Assembly (NCBI GenBank): GCA_050012475.1
Contig: JBEKHC010000006.1
Coordinates: 17,544-81,543 of the forward strand
Direction: 5' to 3'
DNA: 64,000 bases
From: Candidatus Velthaea sp.
GTDB lineage: Bacteria; Vulcanimicrobiota; Vulcanimicrobiia; Vulcanimicrobiales; Vulcanimicrobiaceae
The notes under the pieces are model-generated. The model saw only the letters and a program-made list of their open reading frames with translations, had not been told where the DNA came from and searched no databases. Each line of letters begins with the position of its first letter. The stretch's first letter is position 1. Position numbers and translations under genes: made by a program. Below are positions 37,101 to 46,038 of the stretch, one piece after another.

Positions 37101-38122
37101 AACGATGCGCCGGTTTGATCTTCGACCGAAAGTTTGCCGTCGCGCGTTTTCGCTACCAGTTCGTCGTACTTGGCCACAAATGCCGGAAAGCTGAGCGTCG
37201 CGGCGTTCTTGATGACCGGCACGACCAGGAAGCGCGAACCGTCCTTGCGCTGCGAATCGACGGCCAAACCGAGGTGCACGCCGGCTTCGATCTTCTGCGG
37301 CTTGCCGTTCTCGCGCCGGAACGCCGCCGTGATCGCGGGCTGTTCCTTGGCCGCGCGCACGATCGCGTACGCGATGATGTGCGTGAAGCTGACTTTCTCG
37401 CTGCGTCCGGCGCTCTTGAGTGCGGCGTTGAGTTCGCCGCGGCGCGCTTCGAGGGCACCGACGCCCAGCGTGCGGAACGACGTGGCCGTCGGAATCGTCA
37501 GCGACTGGTCCATGTAGCCGGCCAGTGTCCCAACCGCGCCTTTGAGCTCGCTGACTTTCGTTTCGGCGAGCAGCGGCGGGAACGCGGCTTGCCGGGCCCG
37601 GTCGCGCGGGCCGTTCCCCGTTGGCAGCGCACCGCCGGTGGCCAGGGCGCGCTCGACGTCGGCGCGCAGGATGAGGCCGGCCGGACCGCTGCCCGTGATG
37701 CCGGCCAGATCGAGGTGATGGCGCTGCGCGATCAGCTTCGCCTTGTGCGACGCGACCCCGGCCGGAACCGGGTCGCCGTTGGCCGTCGCCCGCTCCGCGG
37801 GAGCCGCAGCCGCTGCCGCTGCCGCCGATGCCGACGCGGCCGCCGCTGCCGGAGCTTCGCCCGCCGGTTTGGCCGCGGTCGGATCGATTTCGACCAGCAC
37901 CGTGCCGACGGCGACGGTATCCCCTTCGCCGCCGTGAAGTGCGACGATCACCCCCGCAACGGTCGCCGGAACTTCGACGTCAACCTTATCGGTCGTGACG
38001 TCGACGAGCGTCTCGCCCTCGTCGACCCATTCGCCGACCTTCTTGCGCCACTCGACGATCGACCCTTCGGCAACGGATTCCCCCATCTCGGGCAACGCTA
38101 CCTTTACCAACGATTCGAGCAC
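34106..38122 (-). CDS. kgd: Multifunctional 2-oxoglutarate dehydrogenase: lipoyl + E3-binding + succinyltransferase (E2) + E1 fusion
   Basis: LPEMGESV..TTDKVDVEVP lipoyl; GSGPAGLILRADV; TYDHRVIQGA E2; GMAHRGRL, IHGDAAF, GQDVERGTFSHRH, WEAQFGDF E1. Confidence 0.92.
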   Translation of the reverse strand: MLESLVKVALPEMGESVAEGSIVEWRKKVGEWVDEGETLVDVTTDKVDVEVPATVAGVIVALHGGEGDTVAVGTVLVEIDPTAAKPAGEAPAAAAASASAAAAAAAAPAERATANGDPVPAGVASHKAKLIAQRHHLDLAGITGSGPAGLILRADVERALATGGALPTGNGPRDRARQAAFPPLLAETKVSELKGAVGTLAGYMDQSLTIPTATSFRTLGVGALEARRGELNAALKSAGRSEKVSFTHIIAYAIVRAAKEQPAITAAFRRENGKPQKIEAGVHLGLAVDSQRKDGSRFLVVPVIKNAATLSFPAFVAKYDELVAKTRDGKLSVEDQTGASFTLTNPGGIGTVASVPRLMVGQGAIIAAGAIALPPGFRRAPQATVKQLGIEKVMTMTSTYDHRVIQGAQSGEFLKRIEELLSGADAFYEKLFEQFGIAPHAAAAEAADAEAQAAANAAADTDVAAASDEMVRAIAAGMALVSSYRRHGHLAATLDPLGTKPQGEPSLSERYYNLTPALLNAVPASVLRIKVPGNTLADALPRLRETYASTIAYEIEHISNTAQREWLREYIESGLHRRELQPQRKVQVLERLTKVETMERYFRKQFLSQKTFSIEGLDVMVPMLEEIISMLAEDGTQHAVLGMAHRGRLSTIAHVVNRPYEELLAEFEAGAMKTAMPDPEDDADVTGDVKYHHGANGVYTTSNGTNINVTLANNPSHLEAVDGVVEGITRALQTNHGSNPPTLDFMTAAPILIHGDAAFAAQGVVAEVLNLQALTGYSTGGTIHIISNNQVGFTTDPQEGRSTRYSSDLAKGYDVPIVHVNADDVEACIAAVRLAIDYRAKFGRDTVIDLIGYRRFGHNEQDEPAYTQPLMVEAIKSHPTVRELFAAQLVAQGVLTTDEVKVMQEAASARMAEAHRNVRDGYGNKLIVGQSQPGGAHVETMPTTEIERGRLLGYADELIATPPGFELNKKLQGQFLKRRTTLLAEGEIDWALAEGLAFASLLSDGTPIRLTGQDVERGTFSHRHAVLHDMRTNQKYIPLHHVSDAKASFEIYNSPLSEYACLGFEYGYGGVLPNALVLWEAQFGDFNNGAQIIIDQFIAAGAAKWGQDTRLTLLLPHGYEGAGPEHSSARLERFLQLSAEGNIRIVNCSTSSQYFHLLRAQSRAVSAFPLVVMTPKSLLRNRASYGTLDELVDGRFHTVIDDKRFREDRGAVERLLICTGKIYHDLVADPAFGKMQKTALVRVEMLSPLPKAKLLDLISSYPNLKRIVWVQEEPKNMGARAHVRRRLVENLPKYISDIEYIGRPYRASPSEGYPGAHAVEQERIVRTALDEDDPGPKR

Positions 38123-38597
38123 GCTATCTCCTAAAAATGCAGAGCGCTGAACACAGCAAACTTAGCTTCGCCGACTGATCGGCCTGCACCGCCGGTTCCG
38201 GTTTTTGTTACAACTCGCAAACACAACACACCGCGTCGTTCCCCGGCAAACATATCACTCCGAGCGGTCTTGATCATGCGTCCGGACCGCTCGCCGCCGC
38301 GTCGGCCCGCGCGCCCTACGAAGCCTCGGAACCCGTCGGGCGATAGTGCAGGCAGCCGCAGATCTTCTGCTGCCGGCCGCCGCGCCCGGTCGGCTGAGTC
38401 GACGACTGAACGAGGCACCGGCCTGCGGGATTGTGCTCCGCCCGGGTATGTCCGCACGTGCACGGCGGCTTGTCGCTTTTCATGTCGACCGGTCATATTC
38501 GCGAGAACCGGAGCGGGCAACCCCTAAACGGCCGAATCCCACGTCTCGGCTCGAGACGAAAACGGCCGCGTCAGAACGCAGCCGTTTCCCACGAACC

Positions 38598-38681
38598 TGC
38601 CCAAGAAGGGACTCGAACCCCCACGGCCTTGCGGCCACTGGTACCTGAAACCAGCGCGTCTACCAATTCCGCCACCTGGGC
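38598..38681 (-). tRNA. tRNA-Leu(CAG)
   Basis: GCCCAGGTGGCGGAATTGGTAGACGCGCTGGTTTCAGGTACCAGTGGCCGCAAGGCCGTGGGGGTTCGAGTCCCTTCTTGGGCA; long variable arm; CCA not encoded. Confidence 0.95.
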
Positions 38682-38783
38682 GCGACCAGGCGCGATTAGG
38701 CGCCGCCCTAACCCGGGCCTTTATCCGTCAAGCCGCCCAGCGCCAAATCCAATGCCGGCCGCGCCCGGTGCTAGACACTATGT

Positions 38784-39692
38784 CTAGGCCCGCTGGACCA
38801 GAAAAATCCCCAGCGCGATGGCAACGAGGCCGCCGACGTCGCGCGCTCCGACGCGTTCGCCCAGCAGCAAATACGCGATGAACAAGCCGAAGATCGGCGT
38901 CAGGAAATAGAACGCGCTGACGCGACTCGCTTCGCCGCGGTTGAGGAGCCAAAACCACAGCAGCGACGCGCCGACGCTGATGACCAACACCAAATAGACG
39001 AACGAAGCAACGATGCGCGGCGACCACACGACGTGCGGCGGGCCCTCGAAGATCAGCGCGCACGGGAGCAGCACCGCCGACGCGGACAGCAGCTGCAGCG
39101 ACGTCGTCACGCGCAGATCGAGCCCGCCGCAAAAGCGTTTGAAGACGAGCGTCGACGCCACGCTGGCGACGACGCCGATGAACGCGAGCAGCACGTCGGG
39201 CGGGTTGGCGCTGCCGCTGCCGGTGCGCGCGATCATCACCGCGACGACGCCGCCGAATCCCAGCAGCAGTCCGCCGATCTTGAGCGGTGTCAGCCGTTCG
39301 CGCAAAACGTAGGGTGCCGCGATGGCCAACACCAGCGGATTCATACTGGCGATGATCGCGCCGACGCCCGACGCGAGATGCCGCAACGCTTCGTACGTGA
39401 AGCCCAAATACAGCGCGTTGCCGCAGATGCCGAGCGCCGCTATGGCGGCCCATTCGCGCGCGTTGCGCGGCAGCGTCGCGCCCAACCGCAGCGCGATCCC
39501 GAACGCTACGGCGCCGGCGGCCCCAAAGCGCACGCACAAGAACCACAGCGGCGAGGAATCGAGCACGCCGATCTTGCTCGGAACGTAGGCCGAGGCCCAG
39601 AGAAAAATATAGAACAGCGCGCCGGCCACGCCCAGCATCTCGCTGCCGGCTGCCGGTCCGCGCGGTAAACCGTCGGCGCGGTTTGCTCGCAT
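38784..39692 (-). CDS. EamA/DMT family transporter
   Basis: LWASAY..K, two five-TM repeats, GEASRVSAFYFLTP. Confidence 0.88.
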   Translation of the reverse strand: MRANRADGLPRGPAAGSEMLGVAGALFYIFLWASAYVPSKIGVLDSSPLWFLCVRFGAAGAVAFGIALRLGATLPRNAREWAAIAALGICGNALYLGFTYEALRHLASGVGAIIASMNPLVLAIAAPYVLRERLTPLKIGGLLLGFGGVVAVMIARTGSGSANPPDVLLAFIGVVASVASTLVFKRFCGGLDLRVTTSLQLLSASAVLLPCALIFEGPPHVVWSPRIVASFVYLVLVISVGASLLWFWLLNRGEASRVSAFYFLTPIFGLFIAYLLLGERVGARDVGGLVAIALGIFLVQRA

Positions 39693-39695
39693 CGC

Positions 39696-42053
39696 CTACG
39701 GCTGCAACACGAGCGTCGACACGCCGGCCCGCGCCACGGCCGCGTCGGAAAACGGCAGCGGCGTCAGGGCGTGGCGGGCATAGCGCGCAGCTAGATCGCG
39801 GTAATGAGGCGAGCCGGGTTCGCCCGACTCTCCGAGTGGAATGTCGATCCCGCCGGCGTCCCAGTTACCGACGTCCCACACCGCACGAAAACTTTGACCG
39901 AACGTTGCTGCTTGCACAGCGGGAGCAAACCGTCCGCCCTGACCGCGGAGACGCGGGCCGTTCCACATGGCGAACCCGAAACTGGCCAACGGATGTTTTG
40001 CCATGACGGCAAACGTGTCGCCGTACGGCGTTGCGACGCCGTCACGGCCATAGCGCCCGACGATCGAACGCACCTCCGCGGCCAGAAACGCGTCGGGGTC
40101 ATCGCCGGCGAACCAGCCCCGCGGCCGTTCGCGCAGCGCCCGCATGAGCAGCGGAAACCGCGAGTCCGCCGCGAGATAGCGCGCCGCCAGCGCCGGCGGC
40201 AGATGGGCGCGCACGAGATCGGCGGCAGCTTGCAGCCGCAACCGTTCGACGACCGTCGCGCCGCGCGATTCGGGCGTGAAACGGCCGTCGAACGAGGCCA
40301 ACGCGAGATAGGCCGGGCGCAAGGCGTCGTCGCGATCCCAACCCCGCGCGCGCAGCGCCGCCGCCGCGCGCCGCGCCAACTCGCGTTCGGCGAGCGATTC
40401 GGTGTCGGCTTGGATCGCCGCGAATGCCGCCGGATCGTAACGCGACACGGCGCGCAGGCGGCGCGCGATCTCGGCCGCGCGATACGGCGCGCGATACTCG
40501 GGACTCAGCCGGTAGGGATAACCCGCGCCGTACTGCAGGTTGTTCGCGCTGACGATCACCGCCGAACGATCCGGCGGCACCTGCGGCAGCCGGTCGAACG
40601 GAACGAATTCCAGCGGGCGCGGCGTCGCCGCCACACCGTCAGCGGCCCGCAATCCCCATGGTCCGTCGGGGATCGACCCGGCCAGTGCGTACGCGGCGCG
40701 TCCGGCGATATCGGCGAGCACGAAATTTTGCGGTGGGCCCGGATACTGCGCGAGCGCGGCCCAGGCGGCGCGCAGATCCGCGGCGCGGGCGAGCTTGTCG
40801 AAGGTGTCCAGCGCCGCGGCCGGACGCGTGACAACGTCCCACTGCACGGCATGGCGCACGCGTCCGCCGCTTTCGACCACGAACCCGTGGCGGGTGGAGA
40901 GATAGCGCCGGGTGCGCGTGCCGCCGAAGCGGACGGTGAAGCGCTCGAGCCGCGGCGTCGCCGCGCGCACACCGCGTTCCGTCGCATACGTATCGCTCGA
41001 CGCCGAAGCGAACTCTTCGCGAAAAACGCGCGGCCCGGCGACGGTCCCGTTCGTGGCGGCCCAAGCGACGCGCTCGTTGTGGCCCAAGATGATGCCCGGG
41101 CTTCCCGCCAGCGTCGCTCCAGCAACGTGCAGCCCGGGCGCCGCCAAATCGACCAAGTACCAGATCCCGGGAATGCTGCTGTCGAGATGCGGATCGTTCG
41201 CCAGCAATGCCCGCCCGGTCGTCGTCCGATCGGCACCGGCGGCAAAGGCATTGCTGCCATGGCCGGAACGTTCGCGATCCTCGACCTGCGCCACCGGATC
41301 GGCGCTCCCCCGCGTGGCCGCGATGCTCGGAAGCGGTGCGATCGCGGCTGGCGAGCCGCCGACGGTCGGGACGTCGTACGCCGGATCGCTCAGTGGGAAG
41401 AAGGCCGCGATCGCGTGCGGGCCGCCGGCGCGCACGACGTCGTCGCGCAGGATCACGTCGTGCCAGCTGTCACCCAAATCGCGGACGGTCGCGAGTCCGC
41501 ACGCCAACGAATCTTGAGGCTGCCACGGCTCGAAACGTGCGAGGAGTGCGACGTATTCGGGCGGCGTGGGCTCGCGGCTCGCAGCAGCATTGACTCCTTG
41601 CGCATACGCGCGCAATTCGTCGCGCTGAACCTCGTCCAGCCGCGCAAATTGCGCCGCAACCACGGCAGCGGGGTCGTAAAGCCGGCTTTCTTCGTCGGTT
41701 GGCAGGGTCACGGCGCCGAGCATTTCGGCGAGCCGGCCGTAGACATACCGCCGCGTGACGTCGATTTGAAACAGCCGATCGCCGCCAGTGACATATCCTT
41801 GGGCGAAATAAAGATCGTGCAACGTCCGCGCGCGGATGTGCGGCACATCGCGCGCGTCGCGCACGATCCGCACCGGAGCGTCGAGCGGTAGTCCGGCGAT
41901 CGTTCCCTCGGTTCGCGCAACCCCGCGCAGCACCGTGAACGCCACCGCGCCTGCGTACGCGGCAAATGCGGCAACGACGAGCCCGAGCGCGATCGCCGCT
42001 GCAACGGCGACACGCACCCAGCGGCGCCGCTTGCGCCGAAACGGCGGCGGCAT
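39696..42053 (-). CDS. Penicillin acylase family Ntn hydrolase
   Basis: RDARDVPHI, AQGYVTGGDRLFQ, GSNAFA nucleophile site, LANDPHL, GESGEPGSPHYRD. Confidence 0.9.
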   Translation of the reverse strand: MPPPFRRKRRRWVRVAVAAAIALGLVVAAFAAYAGAVAFTVLRGVARTEGTIAGLPLDAPVRIVRDARDVPHIRARTLHDLYFAQGYVTGGDRLFQIDVTRRYVYGRLAEMLGAVTLPTDEESRLYDPAAVVAAQFARLDEVQRDELRAYAQGVNAAASREPTPPEYVALLARFEPWQPQDSLACGLATVRDLGDSWHDVILRDDVVRAGGPHAIAAFFPLSDPAYDVPTVGGSPAAIAPLPSIAATRGSADPVAQVEDRERSGHGSNAFAAGADRTTTGRALLANDPHLDSSIPGIWYLVDLAAPGLHVAGATLAGSPGIILGHNERVAWAATNGTVAGPRVFREEFASASSDTYATERGVRAATPRLERFTVRFGGTRTRRYLSTRHGFVVESGGRVRHAVQWDVVTRPAAALDTFDKLARAADLRAAWAALAQYPGPPQNFVLADIAGRAAYALAGSIPDGPWGLRAADGVAATPRPLEFVPFDRLPQVPPDRSAVIVSANNLQYGAGYPYRLSPEYRAPYRAAEIARRLRAVSRYDPAAFAAIQADTESLAERELARRAAAALRARGWDRDDALRPAYLALASFDGRFTPESRGATVVERLRLQAAADLVRAHLPPALAARYLAADSRFPLLMRALRERPRGWFAGDDPDAFLAAEVRSIVGRYGRDGVATPYGDTFAVMAKHPLASFGFAMWNGPRLRGQGGRFAPAVQAATFGQSFRAVWDVGNWDAGGIDIPLGESGEPGSPHYRDLAARYARHALTPLPFSDAAVARAGVSTLVLQP

Positions 42054-42244
42054 CCGCCGGGCTCGAAGCGAACCCCTAACGGTTCACGCCGGAAAGGAGC
42101 ATAGCTTCCCTTGCGCGTTCGCGCGCACCGGACCCTCTGGGTTCGACTTCGGCGAACCCTTCGCGTTCAGCGGCACCGAGCCGCCTCTGGGCTCAGCGGC
42201 GCCGAGCCGCCTCTTGCGTTCGGCTGCGCCGAGCCGCCATCGCG

Positions 42245-42877
42245 TTAGGGAGCTTTGGGTTTGAACATGCGGGCGGCGACGCCGGCGATCAGCACGCGCG
42301 GCAGCAGGCGCGGCGCGAACGCGACGAACCGATTGAGCGGGCCGTCGACGGCCAGGCTGTCGCCGCGATCGTAAGCGCGCATCGCCGTGCGAATGACTTG
42401 CGCCACGCTGCGGGCGCCGCCGAATTGCGCGCCCTCGCCCGCCGTCTTGAAGAAGTTCGTCTTCGTTGCGCCCGGGCACAGTGCGAGGACGCGCACGCCG
42501 CGGCCCTTGAACTCTTGCGCGAGCGCCTCAGTGAACGACAACACGAACGCTTTGGTCCCACCGTAGACGGCCATATACGGCACCGGCTGAAACGCCGCCG
42601 TCGAGGCGACGTTGATGATTCCGCCGCTGCGGCGCGCGAGCATTTCGGGCGCAAACCGATTGGTGAGCGCGACAAGCGCCTCGATGTTGACACGCACTTG
42701 AGCGGTGTTGCGCGCGAACCCGAGTGACTCGAATCGGCCGTGGGCGCCGAAGCCGAGTTCCGCACCGCTGCGGGCGACGAGCGCGAGATCGTAGCCGCGG
42801 GCGGCGAACGCGTCGGCAAATGCTTCGCCGATTCCCATCGAGGCGCCGGTGACGAGCGCGACCGGACGCTCAGACAC
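42245..42877 (-). pseudogene. SDR oxidoreductase with apparent in-frame internal deletion
   Basis: ALVTGASMGIG..LVARSGAEL joins directly to GFGAHGRF; NNAG segment absent; YxxxK (YGGTK) retained; 210 aa. Confidence 0.6.
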
Positions 42878-43169
42878 GGACGGTTTCCTGCTGTGCGCGC
42901 AGCGCACGCACCGTTGCGGCGATCGCGGCATCGTACAGCGTTTTGCGCACGTCCGGCAGGACCGAGCGCAGCAGCGCGTCGTCGAGCACGACCGGATGCG
43001 TGAAGAGATAGTACGTCTCGACGAATTCGCGCAGCAACGGGCTGAACGTGAGCGCCGCGAGTTTCTTCGCGTCGCGTCCGACGATGCGAACGCGGTGCCC
43101 GCGGCCGAGCAATTCGGGCAAGGCGATGCGGCCGATCGCTCCCGCCGCGCCGAAAATCGCAACGTTCAT
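42870..43169 (-). pseudogene. NAD-dependent epimerase/dehydratase remnant with large in-frame deletion
   Basis: Rossmann N-terminus IFGAAGAIG..VGRD joined to a C-terminal-like FSPLLREFVETYYLFTHPVVLDD..KTLYDAAIAATV; only 99 aa. Confidence 0.6.
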
Positions 43170-43240
43170 CTTCGCCCCTCACCGGAGTGCGCCCAGGTGC
43201 TTTCATTCTGGCACCCCCACGACTTACCGAACCAACATAC

Positions 43241-43309
43241 TGAACGGCGTTCATTATGTCAATACAGATTCATTGAATGATTGACAGTCACATTCTGAGA
43301 GCCTATGCT
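43241..43309 (+). promoter_or_regulatory. Sigma70 promoter TTGACA-17-TATGCT plus palindrome TGAAC-GGC-GTTCA (candidate TetR operator)
   Basis: TTGACA 43281-43286, TATGCT 43304-43309, palindrome 43241-43253. Confidence 0.65.
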
Positions 43310-43319
43310 CGAAGTCAGG

Positions 43320-43931
43320 ATGGGGACGAGCGAGCGCCGTGAACGCGAGAAGGCCGCACTGCGCGATACGATCCTCGCGGCCGCCCGGCGGACTTTCGCC
43401 GAAGAGGGTGCCGCGGGTCTGACGATGCGGCGGATCGCCGACGCGATCGAGTATTCACCGGGAACGCTGTATCTCTATTTCGCGAATCGCGAGGAGATCG
43501 CGCTCGTTCTGGTGCGCGAGGGGTTCGAAAAACTGCTGGCGGCGTTCGCTCCCGCCCTGACGGTCGCCGACCCCGTCGAGCGTTTGCGGGCGCTGGGCCG
43601 GGCCTACGTCGATTTCGGCCTCGACGATCCGCAAACGTACGAACTGATTTTTATGGTCGATGCGAAGTTCGTCTACGCCGTGCTCGGATCGGCGGAGCCG
43701 AATCCGGCCGGCGAGCCGGGGCAGCGCGCGTTCGATCTGCTCGCCGCAACGGTCGCCGAAGCCGTGGCCCAGGGCGAATTTCGACCGGTCGACCCCGCCC
43801 GTGCCGCGGACGCGCTGTGGGCCTCGCTGCATGGTGTCGTGAGCCTTTCAATCACCTGTCCGGGCACGCTGCCCGATCCCCGAACCGTCGCCGACCTCAT
43901 CTGCGAGGCGCTGCTCGCCGGATTTCGGTAG
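43320..43931 (+). CDS. TetR/AcrR regulator (WHG-type C-terminus)
   Basis: ERREREK..TMRRIADAIEYSPGTLYLYF, LWASLHGVVSL. Confidence 0.9.
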   Translation: MGTSERREREKAALRDTILAAARRTFAEEGAAGLTMRRIADAIEYSPGTLYLYFANREEIALVLVREGFEKLLAAFAPALTVADPVERLRALGRAYVDFGLDDPQTYELIFMVDAKFVYAVLGSAEPNPAGEPGQRAFDLLAATVAEAVAQGEFRPVDPARAADALWASLHGVVSLSITCPGTLPDPRTVADLICEALLAGFR

Positions 43932-43978
43932 CGGGTTTCAGCTTCGCTGAATCCGTCGCGTTTCGGCTTCGCCGAAGC
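43932..43978. repeat. Two tandem TTCG-loop hairpins, related to copies at 17252-17272 and 42139-42159
   Basis: cgggtttcagcttcgctgaatccg and gtttcggcttcgccgaagc; compare gggttcgggttcgccgaatcc and gggttcgacttcggcgaaccc. Confidence 0.55.
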
Positions 43979-44018
43979 CGCCGCAGCGATGCGCGCTCCG
44001 GACGGTTTGAGAGCGAGG

Positions 44019-44867
44019 ATGGCAGAACGCAAGCCCGTCCTAGTCACCGGCGCGTCGTCGGGCATCGGCGAAACGACGGTGGCCGAATTGCTGCGGCGCG
44101 GCTTTCGCGTCTATGCGGGAGTCCGCTCGTGTGCCGATGCAGCGCGGCTGGCGGGGACGGACCCGCGCTGCACGCCGTTGCAGCTCGACGTGACCGACCC
44201 GGGCTCGATCGCCGCGGCGGCGCAGACGGTGCGCACCGCCGGCGGACTCTATGGCCTGGTGAACAACGCCGGCATCGCGGTGGCTGCGCCGCTGGAATAT
44301 CTTCCGCTCGACGAACTGCGCCGGCAATTCGAGGTCAACGTGATCGGCGCGCTGGCCGTCACGCAGGCCTGCCTGCCGTTACTGCGCCGATCGCTCGGGC
44401 GGATCGTCAACGTGGGTTCGATCGCGGGGCGGGCGCCGCTGCCGATTGCCGGACCGTATTCCGCCTCCAAAGCCGCGCTGGACTCGCTCACCTCGAGCCT
44501 GCGCATCGAACTCGCGCCCTTCGACGTGCTCGTGTCGTACATCGAACCTGGATCGCATTGCTCGCCGATCTGGGAACGCAGCCGGGACGACGCCGAACGC
44601 TTACGCGCGCAGCTCCCGCCGCTCGCCCGCGACTACTACGGCGCCGCGTTCGAGGCGCTGGCCGCGCTGACGAAGGCGGCCCAAGCGCGCGCCGGCGACC
44701 CGTTGCGTGTCGCCGAAGCGATCGCCCATGCGCTCGAATCCGAACATCCGCGGCCGCGCTACACGATCGGCGCGGACGCTCGGCTCGGGGTGTTGTTGGG
44801 ATTGCTGCCCGCGCGCTGGCGCGATCGCCTCATCCTGCGCCGCCTCGACGACGCGGCGTCGACATGA
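44019..44867 (+). CDS. SDR oxidoreductase
   Basis: VTGASSGIG, LVNNAG, YSASK. Confidence 0.9.
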   Translation: MAERKPVLVTGASSGIGETTVAELLRRGFRVYAGVRSCADAARLAGTDPRCTPLQLDVTDPGSIAAAAQTVRTAGGLYGLVNNAGIAVAAPLEYLPLDELRRQFEVNVIGALAVTQACLPLLRRSLGRIVNVGSIAGRAPLPIAGPYSASKAALDSLTSSLRIELAPFDVLVSYIEPGSHCSPIWERSRDDAERLRAQLPPLARDYYGAAFEALAALTKAAQARAGDPLRVAEAIAHALESEHPRPRYTIGADARLGVLLGLLPARWRDRLILRRLDDAAST

Positions 44868-46030
44868 TTCTGCGACTGCTGCCGATTCTGGGAATCACGT
44901 TCATCGATATCCTCGGCTTCAGCATCCTCATCCCGCTCATGCCGTTTTACGTGCAACGCTTTGGGGGGTCGCCGTTCGTCATCGGTGTCTTGTTCTCGAC
45001 CTTCGCGTTCTGCCAGCTCATCGCCGGGCCCGTGTGGGGCAACGTCAGCGACCGCATTGGGCGCAAGGCCGTGCTCATCGTTTCGCAAATCGGCGCGACG
45101 ATCGGCTGGACGATGCTGGCGTTCGCACCATCGCTCGCCTTCGTTTTTCTGGCCCGCATCATCGAAGGATTGTCGGGCGGCAACATCAGCGTGACGCAAT
45201 CGTACGTTGCCGACGTCGTCGAACCCGCCAAACGCGCGCGCGCCTACGCGTACATCGGCGCGGCATTCAGCGCCGGAATGATTTTCGGTCCGGCCGCCGG
45301 TGGCTATCTGGCCCACGCATACGGTTTCGCCGCACCGTTCTTGCTCGCCGCGGCGCTGCAGCTCGTGACGCTCATCGTCACGGTCTTCGCGTTGCCCGAA
45401 TCGCGCGCGGCCGGCGCCGAGCACAGCGTCGCAACATTCGCCGACATCGTGCTCGCGCTGCGCAATCCGGCCGTCGCCCCCGTGCTGTGGCAAAAACTCG
45501 TGTATTCGCTGGGATTGTACGGCTGGTTCGCGTCGCTCACACTCGTGCTGCAGCGCGAACTCGGACTGCGCGAAGACAGGGTGGGTTATTTTTTCGCCGG
45601 ATTTGCCGTCGTGAGCATCGTCATGCAGCTCTTCGTGGTTGGGCGCTTGACCGAACGCATCGGCGATCGGCGCGCGAACAACATCGGCCTCGCGGCAACG
45701 CTCGTGTCGTTCGCGATCGTGCCGTTCATGCACGACGCGGCAACGGCGCTGGCGATGCTGGCTGTCTTCGCGCTGGGCTTGTCGATCAACAACGCGACAC
45801 TCGCAGCGCTCATCGGCGAAGCCGCGCCGGAAAACGCGCGCGGGACGATCTTCGGCGTCGGTTCATCGCTGGACAGCGCGTCGGGTGTGATCATGCCGCC
45901 GCTCTCGACGGGCACGCTGAGCGCGTACGGTTCGCCCGCGACCGCGGCAATCTCGGGAACGCTGACGCTCGTCGCGCTCATCATGGGCCTGGCCCAAACG
46001 CGGCGCGCCAAACGCCGGGCCGTCGAATGA
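44864..46030 (+). CDS. MFS transporter, TetA/DHA1-like
   Basis: ITFIDILGFSILIPLMP, GNVSDRIGRK, ARIIEGLSGG, GMIFGPAAGG; ATGA overlap. Confidence 0.88.
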   Translation: MILRLLPILGITFIDILGFSILIPLMPFYVQRFGGSPFVIGVLFSTFAFCQLIAGPVWGNVSDRIGRKAVLIVSQIGATIGWTMLAFAPSLAFVFLARIIEGLSGGNISVTQSYVADVVEPAKRARAYAYIGAAFSAGMIFGPAAGGYLAHAYGFAAPFLLAAALQLVTLIVTVFALPESRAAGAEHSVATFADIVLALRNPAVAPVLWQKLVYSLGLYGWFASLTLVLQRELGLREDRVGYFFAGFAVVSIVMQLFVVGRLTERIGDRRANNIGLAATLVSFAIVPFMHDAATALAMLAVFALGLSINNATLAALIGEAAPENARGTIFGVGSSLDSASGVIMPPLSTGTLSAYGSPATAAISGTLTLVALIMGLAQTRRAKRRAVE

Positions 46031-46038
46031 GCGCGCAA

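Noticed and set aside
35000..38134. Long antisense ORFs (1044 aa here; also 542-1720, 9332-11476, 39804-41891 and others)
   Set aside because: Shadows of real genes on the opposite strand caused by high-GC codon bias; no recognisable motifs.
38206..38223. Perfect TGT-N12-ACA upstream of kgd
   Set aside because: A single 6-base-specified match is expected by chance in 64 kb, and its inner sequence differs from the array boxes.
38598..38681. tRNA-Leu as an integration site
   Set aside because: No integrase and no duplicated tRNA 3' end seen in the window.
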